Shown piece by piece: positions 49,057 to 57,088 of a stretch of 57,088 nucleotides of DNA. The notes below the pieces were generated by a model. That model was not told where the DNA came from. It worked only from the letters and a program-made list of their open reading frames with translations, and did not search any database. The stretch lies in the IMG/VR virus record IMGVR_UViG_3300044619_000511, positions 1 to 57,088 of that record; one strand, 5' to 3'. The first letter of the stretch is position 1. The number at the start of each line of letters is the position of its first letter. Origin of the DNA: a virus (taxonomy: Duplodnaviria > Caudoviricetes). A program made the translations under genes and the position numbers.

Positions 49057-49181
49057 GGCTGGTTGATTAGGTCCTCTAATTCTTTTAATGTCTGGCCTAT
49101 AACGATACCGATCTTTAGGTTATCGCCTTCTTCTATAGCTTTGGCTAGGGCTATGTAGATTTGTTTAAGACTTTCTTTCAT
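49053..49181 (-). CDS. small hypothetical protein (42 aa)
   Basis: Hand-translated; ATGA-coupled at both ends. Confidence 0.6.
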   Translation of the reverse strand: MKESLKQIYIALAKAIEEGDNLKIGIVIGQTLKELEDLINQP

Positions 49182-49372
49182 CTGTTCTTAGTTGGTGTAC
49201 GAATAGCAGTTACTGATCCTGTCTTTTCTATCTTTATGTCCTTAAATCCTAGCGCCCCCGAGCATGCCGGGCACTTGAACTTCTGCTTATTGACATCGCT
49301 ATCCCATACATACTCCTTTAGCGTGGCGCCACACTTACACTTGTAGGTTCTTGGTACTAGTTTGTTTGCCAT
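49178..49372 (-). CDS. zinc-ribbon protein (FmdB-like)
   Basis: Y.CKCG...CPACS. Confidence 0.7.
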   Translation of the reverse strand: MANKLVPRTYKCKCGATLKEYVWDSDVNKQKFKCPACSGALGFKDIKIEKTGSVTAIRTPTKNR

Positions 49373-50070
49373 ATCTTATTCATTAGTAGTTGAACTGTTT
49401 GCTGTAAACATTCTAGGTCAGATACATTTGCAATCTTATAATCAAAGTCCCAGTTGTCAAGCGCAATCTCAGATGGATGATCATTAACCGGACCGACACC
49501 GGGTCTATCTACTCTGATAACTACACCACCATTATCTTTAATAGCTTGCGCCTCATTTGGGAAACGGCAGTCTGTAAATATCCAGTGCGGTAATTCAGAC
49601 ACTGGCGATCCATTACCATCATAACCAACGACACTAGATTTGTATCCAGCCATAGCAGCATTGACCCATGCATTAGGATGAAGGCCATTACGAATAGCAT
49701 CTGTGCCTAGCTTTTGTAGTAGCTCCCGAACCGACATCATCTTCATAAACTTCACATCATCAAACACTACATCTAGTGGAGCCTCTATTTCTGTGTGCCA
49801 CTCTTTGCCAAGAAATGAATCTTTAAATTCTTGATCCTCAAACCTATGTACCGGTATACCAGTAAGGAGGCTGGCTACTTTCTTTAATGCGCCAGAGAAC
49901 TTTTTAATTCTCCATAGTGATTCGATGTCGAGTATGACCTCATAGTTTCTATCATTTACAGCATCTTCAAGTGAATACTCTACAGTTGTGTTCCTTCTGT
50001 TAATGTACTGAATGATCTTAGCTACGGTATCCTTCCCAGATTTTGCGTAGCCTGATATCCCAATGATCAT
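49357..50070 (-). CDS. deoxynucleoside monophosphate kinase
   Basis: IIGISGYAKSGKDT, RELLQKLGT, DCRFPNE, HPSE. Confidence 0.92.
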   Translation of the reverse strand: MIIGISGYAKSGKDTVAKIIQYINRRNTTVEYSLEDAVNDRNYEVILDIESLWRIKKFSGALKKVASLLTGIPVHRFEDQEFKDSFLGKEWHTEIEAPLDVVFDDVKFMKMMSVRELLQKLGTDAIRNGLHPNAWVNAAMAGYKSSVVGYDGNGSPVSELPHWIFTDCRFPNEAQAIKDNGGVVIRVDRPGVGPVNDHPSEIALDNWDFDYKIANVSDLECLQQTVQLLMNKIWQTN

Positions 50071-50354
50071 ATTGATTTGATTGTTTGTGTTTCTCTTAAT
50101 TCGATCTTGTCTTGGTGATGAAATATTAGTAGCGACAGTAGCTCCACTATCTCATGATAGTCTAGCTTTATTCTCTTACCATCTAATACAATCTTAACAC
50201 CATTCCCATCATCACTTAAAGTAGCAGCAAGACCACTGGGGGTTGCCCATTCAGTTGTACTAGAGTAGCGTAGTTCAATGTCGTCATTAACAACGATGTC
50301 ATAGTCATAGCTATTTACTTCTCCATGCCTATCTCTATTTGTCCATACTTGCAT
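50067..50354 (-). CDS. hypothetical protein
   Basis: 95-aa ORF coupled to the kinase gene. Confidence 0.7.
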   Translation of the reverse strand: MQVWTNRDRHGEVNSYDYDIVVNDDIELRYSSTTEWATPSGLAATLSDDGNGVKIVLDGKRIKLDYHEIVELLSLLIFHHQDKIELRETQTIKSI

Positions 50355-50368
50355 AAGAAAAAAATTAA

Positions 50369-50439
50369 GGGAGGCATACGGCTATCTAACGCGAGATAGT
50401 ATTCCTCTACTCATGTAGAGTTAGTCCGACTCTCCTCCC
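50369..50439 (-). ncRNA. multi-stem structured RNA element
   Basis: GGGAGG/CCUCCC and CGG/CCG enclosing CUCUAC-AUGA-GUAGAG and CUAUCU-CGCGUU-AGAUAG. Confidence 0.55.
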
Positions 50440-50448
50440 GTGGGTTAA

Positions 50449-50679
50449 TTAAAAGGGTAGCTTCTCTTCTGCTTGAGCAGGTGCAGGTGTATACACTTGC
50501 AGGTAAGGCTTGCCTTCCTTGCTCTTGCGAAGGGTTACATTAACCCAACCCTTCTCGTTTAGATTGTCTGTCAGCTTCTGAATGTCATCAGCTGTGAATC
50601 CAATACGAGTTTCTAATTCACCGAATTTGTTTGTCGCTTCGGTAGTACGACCTACGTAGACCTTCTCTGTGTTTGCCAT
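50449..50679 (-). CDS. putative single-stranded DNA-binding protein
   Basis: Small beta-rich protein ending in EEKLPF. Confidence 0.55.
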   Translation of the reverse strand: MANTEKVYVGRTTEATNKFGELETRIGFTADDIQKLTDNLNEKGWVNVTLRKSKEGKPYLQVYTPAPAQAEEKLPF

Positions 50680-50680
50680 G

Positions 50681-50833
50681 TTACTTGGTTTTAAAATTTG
50701 TGAGAATTGTTAATGTGTATTTGTAAAGTCCTAGTTCAATATAAAGTTCTTTCTCTTGTAGGTGCCAGACTATTGCAAAGACTGGGAAGATAAAGAACTC
50801 TTTGTGCTTCTCGGTGGTTGTGGTGATGGTCAT
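50681..50833 (-). CDS. small hypothetical protein (50 aa)
   Basis: Hand-translated MTITTTTEKHKEFFIFP...; fills gap exactly. Confidence 0.55.
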   Translation of the reverse strand: MTITTTTEKHKEFFIFPVFAIVWHLQEKELYIELGLYKYTLTILTNFKTK

Positions 50834-51174
50834 ATAATTTTATTTATTTTAAGCATGTCGATCAGTTCCTGAAAGTCTTCCAGTGTCATCGCTACTATTG
50901 TCCCCTGTCTGTTTTTTTTGTGGAATACCAAATTTATGTTAGAATCTTGTGGCATCTCCGCTAATACTCTATGAATACTCCCCAAGTTTTCCACAGCCTT
51001 ACACTGGCAGGAGAATGGTGGTGTGTTGGTGAGGTCTACCTTCTTATCATCCAGCATTTTAGATTCGTATCTGGATGTTTGGCATTTCTCCCACCCCCGA
51101 TCCCTCCACCATTCAGCCATCTGTCTTTCAAACTGGTGCCCCTTTATACGAGCACTCCGTCCTTTAGTCGCCAT
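50830..51174 (-). CDS. Holliday junction resolvase-like PD-(D/E)xK nuclease
   Basis: R.KG..FER...VDL...QCK. Confidence 0.75.
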   Translation of the reverse strand: MATKGRSARIKGHQFERQMAEWWRDRGWEKCQTSRYESKMLDDKKVDLTNTPPFSCQCKAVENLGSIHRVLAEMPQDSNINLVFHKKNRQGTIVAMTLEDFQELIDMLKINKII

Positions 51175-51437
51175 ATGCGTTTGTATTTAATTAATGATTG
51201 AATAGTATCCCATTCCACCAGTGGTGAGAAGTAGCATTCATAGAATACAGTGAGTCTCATTGCGTTGATCATATAGTAGTTCGTGTCTGGCTTGATATCA
51301 TCCTCAGTGCATAACACTAGTATCTCGTGTCCTTCAGTAAGCAAAATCCATTTACCGTTTAGACATCTATATACTTCCTGCGTTGATAAGCTTTTCGTAC
51401 GGCTGCTTGACGAACTTTTCTTTGTCCGAGCCATCAT
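51144..51437 (-). CDS. hypothetical protein
   Basis: 97-aa ORF; start uncertain. Confidence 0.5.
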   Translation of the reverse strand: MMARTKKSSSSSRTKSLSTQEVYRCLNGKWILLTEGHEILVLCTEDDIKPDTNYYMINAMRLTVFYECYFSPLVEWDTIQSLIKYKRIWRLKDGVLV

Positions 51438-53088
51438 TTATTTTTTGAGTGGGTGAGTAAATAGAATTAGCTATATCAAACCTAAAGTAGTCTGTCTCTT
51501 CTTTGCCACTGAACCTGAACCTTATCTTCCAGAAGTGTATCTCCGTTTGGTTAGTCTCTCTGTTACGATATACAGTGATGCCGTTATCGGGGGCATTATA
51601 GTAGTGAGAACTATCACCTACATCATAACCAGTTGGTACTTCATAAGCGCCCTGCTTGATCTTAGTTAGCTTCTTTGGGTGTGCTACTAGCCAGATATGA
51701 ATGCCGTGCTCCCGAGCAAACGCCCTAAGGTCTCGCATCATGTTACCGATTTGATTGTGACGATTGTCAGAGTTACTCCCGAACTGACGCTCTACTGTAC
51801 TCATGTTATCAATGACAAGACCTCTGATACCTAACCTCTTTACCATCTCCTCTGCCTTACTCATGATCGCCTCTACCGTAGACTCGTTCTCATTTAATTT
51901 GTAGTACTTGAAGTGATCGTTTAAGAACGGCGTACTGTCTATCACCTCTTCTCTTGAGATGCGTGGGCAGTTCGGTGCGTTGAAGAATGACTTACCAGTC
52001 TTGATAGACAATAGATCAGTCATAGCAAACGTAGCGTTAGCCTCCTCTGCTGAGTACAGTAGGTAGGACCAGTCATGTCTATCCGCCAGCCTAACCAGTA
52101 GATTCTTCAGCCATGTGGTTTTACCGTGCCCGGGGATTCCAGTGATGAGGGTGACCATCCCGGGGTGCCAGACGAAGTGCTCGTCCATGTTCTCCCACCC
52201 TGTGTCAAATCCTTTTGGATATCCCTCTTCCCAAAGTCCGAGTAGGTCATGGTCTGTGACGACATCGATTCCGTCCACTGGGTACGGCTCTGCATTCTGG
52301 TAACATTCCACCAGCCGTTCTTTACCGTGTTTAAGAAGTGTGTCATTGGCGTCCTTCTCTGGTAGGTTAATGATAAAGCAGTTAGTCTTACCCAGTCTGC
52401 GAGCAAGCTCAGTGCGAAGACCAATGCCTGCATCATCATTGTCAGTAGCAAGATATATTTTCTTGCCCTCGATATACGGCAGCATCTCTTCGAGCCATTC
52501 CAATTTCTGATTGCCCTTGCTTGCTCCATTTGGTACACTGACTGCTGTTTTGATTCCGGCTTCATAGAATGATAGTGTGTCGATTTCACCTTCTGTTATA
52601 ATAATTTCAGTATCAGAGTTATCCATGGAAACATCAATGCCATAAAGACTAAGCATAGCCCCACTAACAAGCTTGAAATTCTTTTGACTATCTCGATACT
52701 TGATATTAACAACTTCGCCATGTAAATAATAATTAAAGTTTATACATAATGATTCCGTGCCGGTCTGTGGCATGTACTCGTTAGACTCTGTGACCTTGTA
52801 TCTAAGAAGTGTTTGGTTGGTTATCCCCCGACCTGCGAACCAAGTGATTACCTTATCAGATAATACTTTGTGTTCACTAACAGGTTTGGTGTACTCCTTC
52901 TTTTGTTTTACAACGCCACCTTTCCAGCCACAGTTATGGCAGTTCCATATACCATCTGTTACATTAACAGACAGGCATGGATCGCTCTTGTGCTTGCGTG
53001 TATCAGAACACTTTGGACATGTGGTCTTCACATCTCCTCGTGAACCGGCTCGCACATGGATGCCATATCTTTTTAACTGGTCTATCAT
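51367..53088 (-). CDS. primase-helicase (T7 gp4/Twinkle-like)
   Basis: CPKC...CHNC zinc finger, TOPRIM EGEID...DND, GIPGHGKT Walker A, LVAHP. Confidence 0.95.
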   Translation of the reverse strand: MIDQLKRYGIHVRAGSRGDVKTTCPKCSDTRKHKSDPCLSVNVTDGIWNCHNCGWKGGVVKQKKEYTKPVSEHKVLSDKVITWFAGRGITNQTLLRYKVTESNEYMPQTGTESLCINFNYYLHGEVVNIKYRDSQKNFKLVSGAMLSLYGIDVSMDNSDTEIIITEGEIDTLSFYEAGIKTAVSVPNGASKGNQKLEWLEEMLPYIEGKKIYLATDNDDAGIGLRTELARRLGKTNCFIINLPEKDANDTLLKHGKERLVECYQNAEPYPVDGIDVVTDHDLLGLWEEGYPKGFDTGWENMDEHFVWHPGMVTLITGIPGHGKTTWLKNLLVRLADRHDWSYLLYSAEEANATFAMTDLLSIKTGKSFFNAPNCPRISREEVIDSTPFLNDHFKYYKLNENESTVEAIMSKAEEMVKRLGIRGLVIDNMSTVERQFGSNSDNRHNQIGNMMRDLRAFAREHGIHIWLVAHPKKLTKIKQGAYEVPTGYDVGDSSHYYNAPDNGITVYRNRETNQTEIHFWKIRFRFSGKEETDYFRFDIANSIYSPTQKINDGSDKEKFVKQPYEKLINAGSI

Positions 53089-53279
53089 TTCTTTAATTCT
53101 TTAGCTACTACTTTTATTTTCTGTTCTAACTCGTATATCTTTTTCTTCAAAGAATCTGCTCTCTCATATGACCTAGTCAATTTGCTAACTAATTCTTCTC
53201 GCTGATCTTCCAGTTGGTCGTACTTAATGTACAACTCTTTTCTTTTATCTGTCATATCTGTTTGTGTTTTTGAATCCAA
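53085..53279 (-). CDS. coiled-coil protein
   Basis: Short heptad-rich ORF. Confidence 0.6.
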   Translation of the reverse strand: MDSKTQTDMTDKRKELYIKYDQLEDQREELVSKLTRSYERADSLKKKIYELEQKIKVVAKELKK

Positions 53280-53659
53280 TAATTTGTTGCGTCGTCTAGG
53301 TACTGAAGGAACTTATTCTTAGAACCGAAGAGTGTGGCTGGACGAATATAATCTTTCATCTTGATATCCTTACCCCACGTTTCTTTTTTGTGTAGAATTA
53401 CTGACTGGAACTGGTCGAACCCGACCTTAGGTATCTGTCTAATGACAGCACGTATCTTGTCAGCATTCTTGTAGTGGGTTTCGTTTACCTCGTTGAAGTA
53501 GTCCATTACCTTCTGCGCTAGGTCCTCATCTTGATGGCTATCAATCTCCTGCCATAACAGTTGGTAGCTGCTATCGTATTTGATCAGCATATCAAGGGCG
53601 ACCAGTGCATCTTTCTTAGTGCTAAACTTCTTCAGGAAATTCTGTGCGTCCGTATTCAT
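53252..53659 (-). CDS. replication-initiator-associated protein
   Basis: W.....M..YIRPATLFG..KF..YL motif of phage replisome organiser C-terminal domains. Confidence 0.7.
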   Translation of the reverse strand: MNTDAQNFLKKFSTKKDALVALDMLIKYDSSYQLLWQEIDSHQDEDLAQKVMDYFNEVNETHYKNADKIRAVIRQIPKVGFDQFQSVILHKKETWGKDIKMKDYIRPATLFGSKNKFLQYLDDATNYWIQKHKQI

Positions 53660-53888
53660 ACATAGTGTCTTTAATAGTTTGTTCCATCCATCCGCCTGCT
53701 ACCAGTAGTGCAGCAAACTTTTCTATTATGTCATCAATGGGTGTCTCATCAATCTTATTATCACCCATGAATGCTAGACCATCTGTACCGTACTCGCTTT
53801 CCCAAACAAACTTTTGTCCGTAGTATTCAATTATTATCCTCATGTTATTCGTATTTAATTGTACCGAAAGATAGGTAACTCCCGCCAT
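53622..53888 (-). CDS. hypothetical protein
   Basis: ORF; real start possibly MRIIIE. Confidence 0.6.
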   Translation of the reverse strand: MAGVTYLSVQLNTNNMRIIIEYYGQKFVWESEYGTDGLAFMGDNKIDETPIDDIIEKFAALLVAGGWMEQTIKDTMYEYGRTEFPEEV

Positions 53889-54231
53889 ACATATACTTAA
53901 TGGCGTTTAAAGTTAAGTTAACTTTCAAATAAAATTTCTTGATGTTATCATCTACAGAATAGATACTATCGTTAGCTTCTCTTACCCTGCACTCTTTGAT
54001 GTTATCTCTAAATGTGGATAGCTTGTTACGATATGAATCGAATCGCATATCAAGATAGTTCTGCACCTCTTCGCTTTTAAATCCGTGCATATCAGCTATG
54101 CCTACGAAGATCATACGTGCAATATCCTTTGCTCCCTCTTGTGTCTCAAGTGTTTGCAATGGTTTTGCTGGACTCTTTTCCCATACGAATTGGCCACGCA
54201 TGGCTTTCTCTAATTGTGTTAGATTGTTCAT
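53845..54231 (-). CDS. hypothetical protein
   Basis: 128-aa ORF. Confidence 0.7.
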   Translation of the reverse strand: MNNLTQLEKAMRGQFVWEKSPAKPLQTLETQEGAKDIARMIFVGIADMHGFKSEEVQNYLDMRFDSYRNKLSTFRDNIKECRVREANDSIYSVDDNIKKFYLKVNLTLNAIKYMYGGSYLSFGTIKYE

Positions 54232-54259
54232 GTTTATTTGTTTTAGATGATTGAAATGT

Positions 54260-54288
54260 TAAAGACCAGCCTGAGAACAAGCTGGTCT
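54260..54288 (-). terminator. hairpin, possible terminator after YqaJ gene
   Basis: AGACCAGC-N10-GCTGGTCT followed by a short T run on the minus strand. Confidence 0.5.
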
Positions 54289-54341
54289 ATTGCTGGAGTT
54301 TACCAAACCAAAACCCCTTTTGTTAATAATTAAACCAGCAA

Positions 54342-55337
54342 TTAGGTTAAGCGCACATTGAATTGTTTGCGCCAAGTTATTTTACCATTCGGTAGTTCCA
54401 TTATCTGAGCACCACCATTCTGTTCCATGTACTGCTTCAGTTGATTACCGTAGAGTAGCTTTGCGGACTCCCAAGATTTTATGGTTTCGTTAATGCGTAC
54501 ATACTCTTCGGCCCACTCGGCTTGTTCTTTATCGCCTTGTATTGTAATATCATTCTCGCGGTCCTTATGCTTGATGGAGATGAAGGCATTGAAGTCCTCA
54601 GAGTTATCAGCCGGCGGTTCGAACTGAGCAGCGATACCGTATATCTCTTCTTTATCAGATGCACCTGCCTTGATGATTGCCTCTCGTGCAGCGATGACTC
54701 TCCCTCTATGTTCAGCTGCTTTGTTAAGTATTGCCTGTTGGATATCAGGATCGGCATCAAATGTTTTAACTAGCATATCCTGACCATCTACCTGCATACA
54801 TATCTCTGCATATTTAAGACCAGTCACTAGCATGTAGTGATTCATCTGAGCGATGTAGTTCGGGGGAACGCCATCAATATAAGAATCAACAGTCATCTTA
54901 CCCACGTTCTTAATCTCCAGTATCCCCTTCTTCTTACCATACACCGGGTGCTGTGTTACCATACCATCTAGGTTGGCGAATAGCATAGGGTACTCAGGAT
55001 TCTCGATGATGGCCTTTACCTTTTTGAATTTACGAACCTTATTCTTATGGATTACATTCTGAATAAAGTTCTCTTCACCATCCCAGTACTGCCACATCTC
55101 AGCGATGGTATCCTCCAGCATTTTGCCGAAGGCCATCTGCCGGTTCATCTTGGTAGGCAGTAGGTCCATACCAATTGACTGGTAGAATAGATTGATTGGG
55201 GACTTCCATTTGTTCCATCCCAGTAGCGTACCGGCATCCGATCCGCCCACCATTCCCCGAGATGAAAACGACTGGCGTAATTTCTGCCAGTCGATCTCGG
55301 ATAGGTTCTTCGTGCTTGTCTGTTTAAGCTTTGGCAT
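54342..55337 (-). CDS. YqaJ-like recombination exonuclease
   Basis: W...R...VGGSD...G..LE...ANLDG...LEIK...Y..Q..HY. Confidence 0.92.
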   Translation of the reverse strand: MPKLKQTSTKNLSEIDWQKLRQSFSSRGMVGGSDAGTLLGWNKWKSPINLFYQSIGMDLLPTKMNRQMAFGKMLEDTIAEMWQYWDGEENFIQNVIHKNKVRKFKKVKAIIENPEYPMLFANLDGMVTQHPVYGKKKGILEIKNVGKMTVDSYIDGVPPNYIAQMNHYMLVTGLKYAEICMQVDGQDMLVKTFDADPDIQQAILNKAAEHRGRVIAAREAIIKAGASDKEEIYGIAAQFEPPADNSEDFNAFISIKHKDRENDITIQGDKEQAEWAEEYVRINETIKSWESAKLLYGNQLKQYMEQNGGAQIMELPNGKITWRKQFNVRLT

Positions 55338-56016
55338 CCTTGATTAGTTTGGTTAAGGTTGTTTTCTGTGCTAGGTTCAACTTGTACTTTGGTAGCGCTG
55401 CTTCAACGTCAGTAATCTTGCCTTCGCTGATAGCCTTTACCATTGCATCAAATTGCTTTGGTGATAATGCCGTTAGCTCGGGGGATTCAGGAACCTCAGG
55501 ACTGGGATTCGGCTTGGGAGCCTCCTGAGGAACCTTAGCTTGCGTCTTCCCCTTCGTGTTTATATGTTTGGTTAAATCCCATATACGCTCGCCTCTGTCA
55601 TCTACTGGGTTGCCATACTGGTCGCATTTTACTGTGACCATTTCTAGATCATAGAGGAATCTCCCGATCCCCCACTGAACTGCTGCCCTTTTAAATGCAT
55701 CGCTCGCTGCAGACTTACCAGCCTGCTCGTACATTTGGTCCTTCTCGTCGTTCTCGACTCTAGCCCCGCAGTCCCATCTCCAGACTACAGAACCATCATC
55801 TTTGGCTACACCTATACCAGCAAAAATGAAGCCATCTATCTCTTTAAAGTCTGATTGCCAGCCATTTCGACAGTGCTTGTCTAGTGTGTCCATTACTTGG
55901 CGTGCGTCAATGTAAGCCGAACAGAACGCCTTTGTCTTGTCTTTATTACGGCTTTGTACCCTCCATTGATAAGGGATCGGTTGCTTCAGTTGAGCAACTA
56001 AATCAGGTATGTTCAT
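55324..56016 (-). CDS. Rad52/Sak-like ssDNA annealing protein
   Basis: WRVQ...AYIDAR.V...LD...W...K.AASDAFKRAAVQWGIGRFLY. Confidence 0.9.
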   Translation of the reverse strand: MNIPDLVAQLKQPIPYQWRVQSRNKDKTKAFCSAYIDARQVMDTLDKHCRNGWQSDFKEIDGFIFAGIGVAKDDGSVVWRWDCGARVENDEKDQMYEQAGKSAASDAFKRAAVQWGIGRFLYDLEMVTVKCDQYGNPVDDRGERIWDLTKHINTKGKTQAKVPQEAPKPNPSPEVPESPELTALSPKQFDAMVKAISEGKITDVEAALPKYKLNLAQKTTLTKLIKDAKA

Positions 56017-56025
56017 ATAAAATTT

Positions 56026-56250
56026 TTAGAGTGAGTTAAGATACCACTGTAAGAAACCATACTCGCTGGCTAAGAAGTAGATAGTCTGCCAGTCATAGTA
56101 GAACTTGGTCTCCTTGCCTATCTGTATAGCTTTAACAAAGTGACCAACGACCAATGACTCGTGGTTAGCCATCAGCCATTTGCGGTACGGCTTTAGGGCA
56201 TACTCCTTGCCGTCTATTATCATCACATCCTTGGAATAATCGTACTTCAT
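56026..56250 (-). CDS. hypothetical protein
   Basis: 74-aa ORF. Confidence 0.7.
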   Translation of the reverse strand: MKYDYSKDVMIIDGKEYALKPYRKWLMANHESLVVGHFVKAIQIGKETKFYYDWQTIYFLASEYGFLQWYLNSL

Positions 56251-56323
56251 TTAGACTAAGGTAGGTATAATACATACACATTATTAAAAAGTTTTCCAAA
56301 TGTTTTACACATAGAAAGGTCTA

Positions 56324-56717
56324 TATCCCTGAGACTGGGATAGTCAACTCATTTGTCTAGTTTTTTGCACAATAAACTGGACATTACTTGTAACATTTTT
56401 ATACCATTATTTGTTACAAAAATTATATCAGTTCGGGTATAATCCGAATTAATACTGATATTTTATACCTAATTGGGTATAATTTAATGTCGAAAAAGTG
56501 TACATTAAAGCGCTTTTATGTACATAATGTATGATAAAAGCGACATTTTACTACCTTTTGTACCCTTTTAAGGCACTTTTTTGTGAAAAAATCACAAAAA
56601 CAAATGTCACAAATTTTCAAAAAAACGTGACAAGAGTAGGTGCAATGTTTAAAAAGTAGGCGCAATTTGTACTAATAGTATAAAAATCTGCATGAATTTT
56701 TCCTAATATTTCATGCA
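56324..56717. repeat. array of about 12 distinct short inverted/direct repeats
   Basis: e.g. TTGTAACA-N16-TGTTACAA, TGTCAC-N16-GTGACA, TTGTGA-N5-TCACAA, TGCATGAA-N13-TTCATGCA, AGTAGGYGCAAT x2. Confidence 0.85.
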
Positions 56718-56721
56718 ACCT

Positions 56722-56955
56722 TTACAGTACCCTATTAATATTGGCGAACTCCTCATGCACTGGGCCGGATAGGCATGAGCCTACAATCCTATAATTAAGA
56801 GTGAAGTCCACCCACGTCTCATCCTTTAGTGCCGGTTCGGGGGTATCAATGGGAACCCATGCAGTACGGCTAATGATTCTATTTCCACCATATGGGATGT
56901 CCTTATTGAATCTAACCCACCATCTATTCTCTAGTCTGAATGTTTGTCCTTGCAT
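56722..56955 (-). CDS. hypothetical protein
   Basis: 77-aa ORF. Confidence 0.65.
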   Translation of the reverse strand: MQGQTFRLENRWWVRFNKDIPYGGNRIISRTAWVPIDTPEPALKDETWVDFTLNYRIVGSCLSGPVHEEFANINRVL

Positions 56956-57088
56956 AATAAATCGTTTAAGAATTGTTCGTAATAGGTATTAATCTCACTC
57001 TTGTGTACACTATCCACCCACCCCTGATATCTCTTGATGGCATCTGACTTGTGGCCGGAGGCAAACCTTACGTGGTCCAGTGATACAC
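56931..57088 (-). CDS. C-terminus of a tyrosine recombinase/integrase (partial)
   Basis: Hand-translated ...VSLDHVRFASGHKSDAIKRYQGW...: box II GH and catalytic Tyr spacing. Confidence 0.65.
   Translation of the reverse strand, partial: VSLDHVRFASGHKSDAIKRYQGWVDSVHKSEINTYYEQFLNDLLCKDKHSD

Noticed and set aside
56518-56545. dif-like site (CATAATGTAT)
   Set aside because: Matches only part of the XerC arm and spacer; no XerD arm TTATGTTAAAT

Overview
Most of the genome (57 kb) of a tailed dsDNA phage with podovirus-type architecture. Host is probably Bacteroidota, inferred from TAnnTTTG promoters and SD-less A/C-rich translation starts. There are three blocks. (1) 1-5100, minus strand: a putative early operon of small ORFs plus a PAPS-reductase-like gene and a winged-helix regulator. 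(2) 5800-48561, plus strand: HNH/PD-(D/E)xK nucleases, tandem GroES-like protein, three glycosyltransferases, terminase, portal, scaffold, major capsid, tail fibres, ring/muzzle proteins, three ejection proteins and lysis genes, in crAss-like/Flavobacterium-phage order. (3) 48562-57088, minus strand: CAP protein, dNMP kinase, SSB, resolvase, primase-helicase, YqaJ exonuclease, Rad52/Sak-like annealase and the end of a tyrosine recombinase. No DNA or RNA polymerase is recognisable. The most striking signal is an RNA-level system in the early operon: host-type promoter, boxB/boxA-like signal, ~350-nt structured non-coding leader, a type III hammerhead ribozyme, then small genes separated by six covarying ~45-nt tRNA-like (acceptor stem + T-arm) elements. 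Two candidate antisense RNAs elsewhere are complementary to the shared early translation-start motif. Also notable is a ~400-bp array of unrelated operator-like inverted repeats. All calls were made by eye; no searches or folding programs were run.
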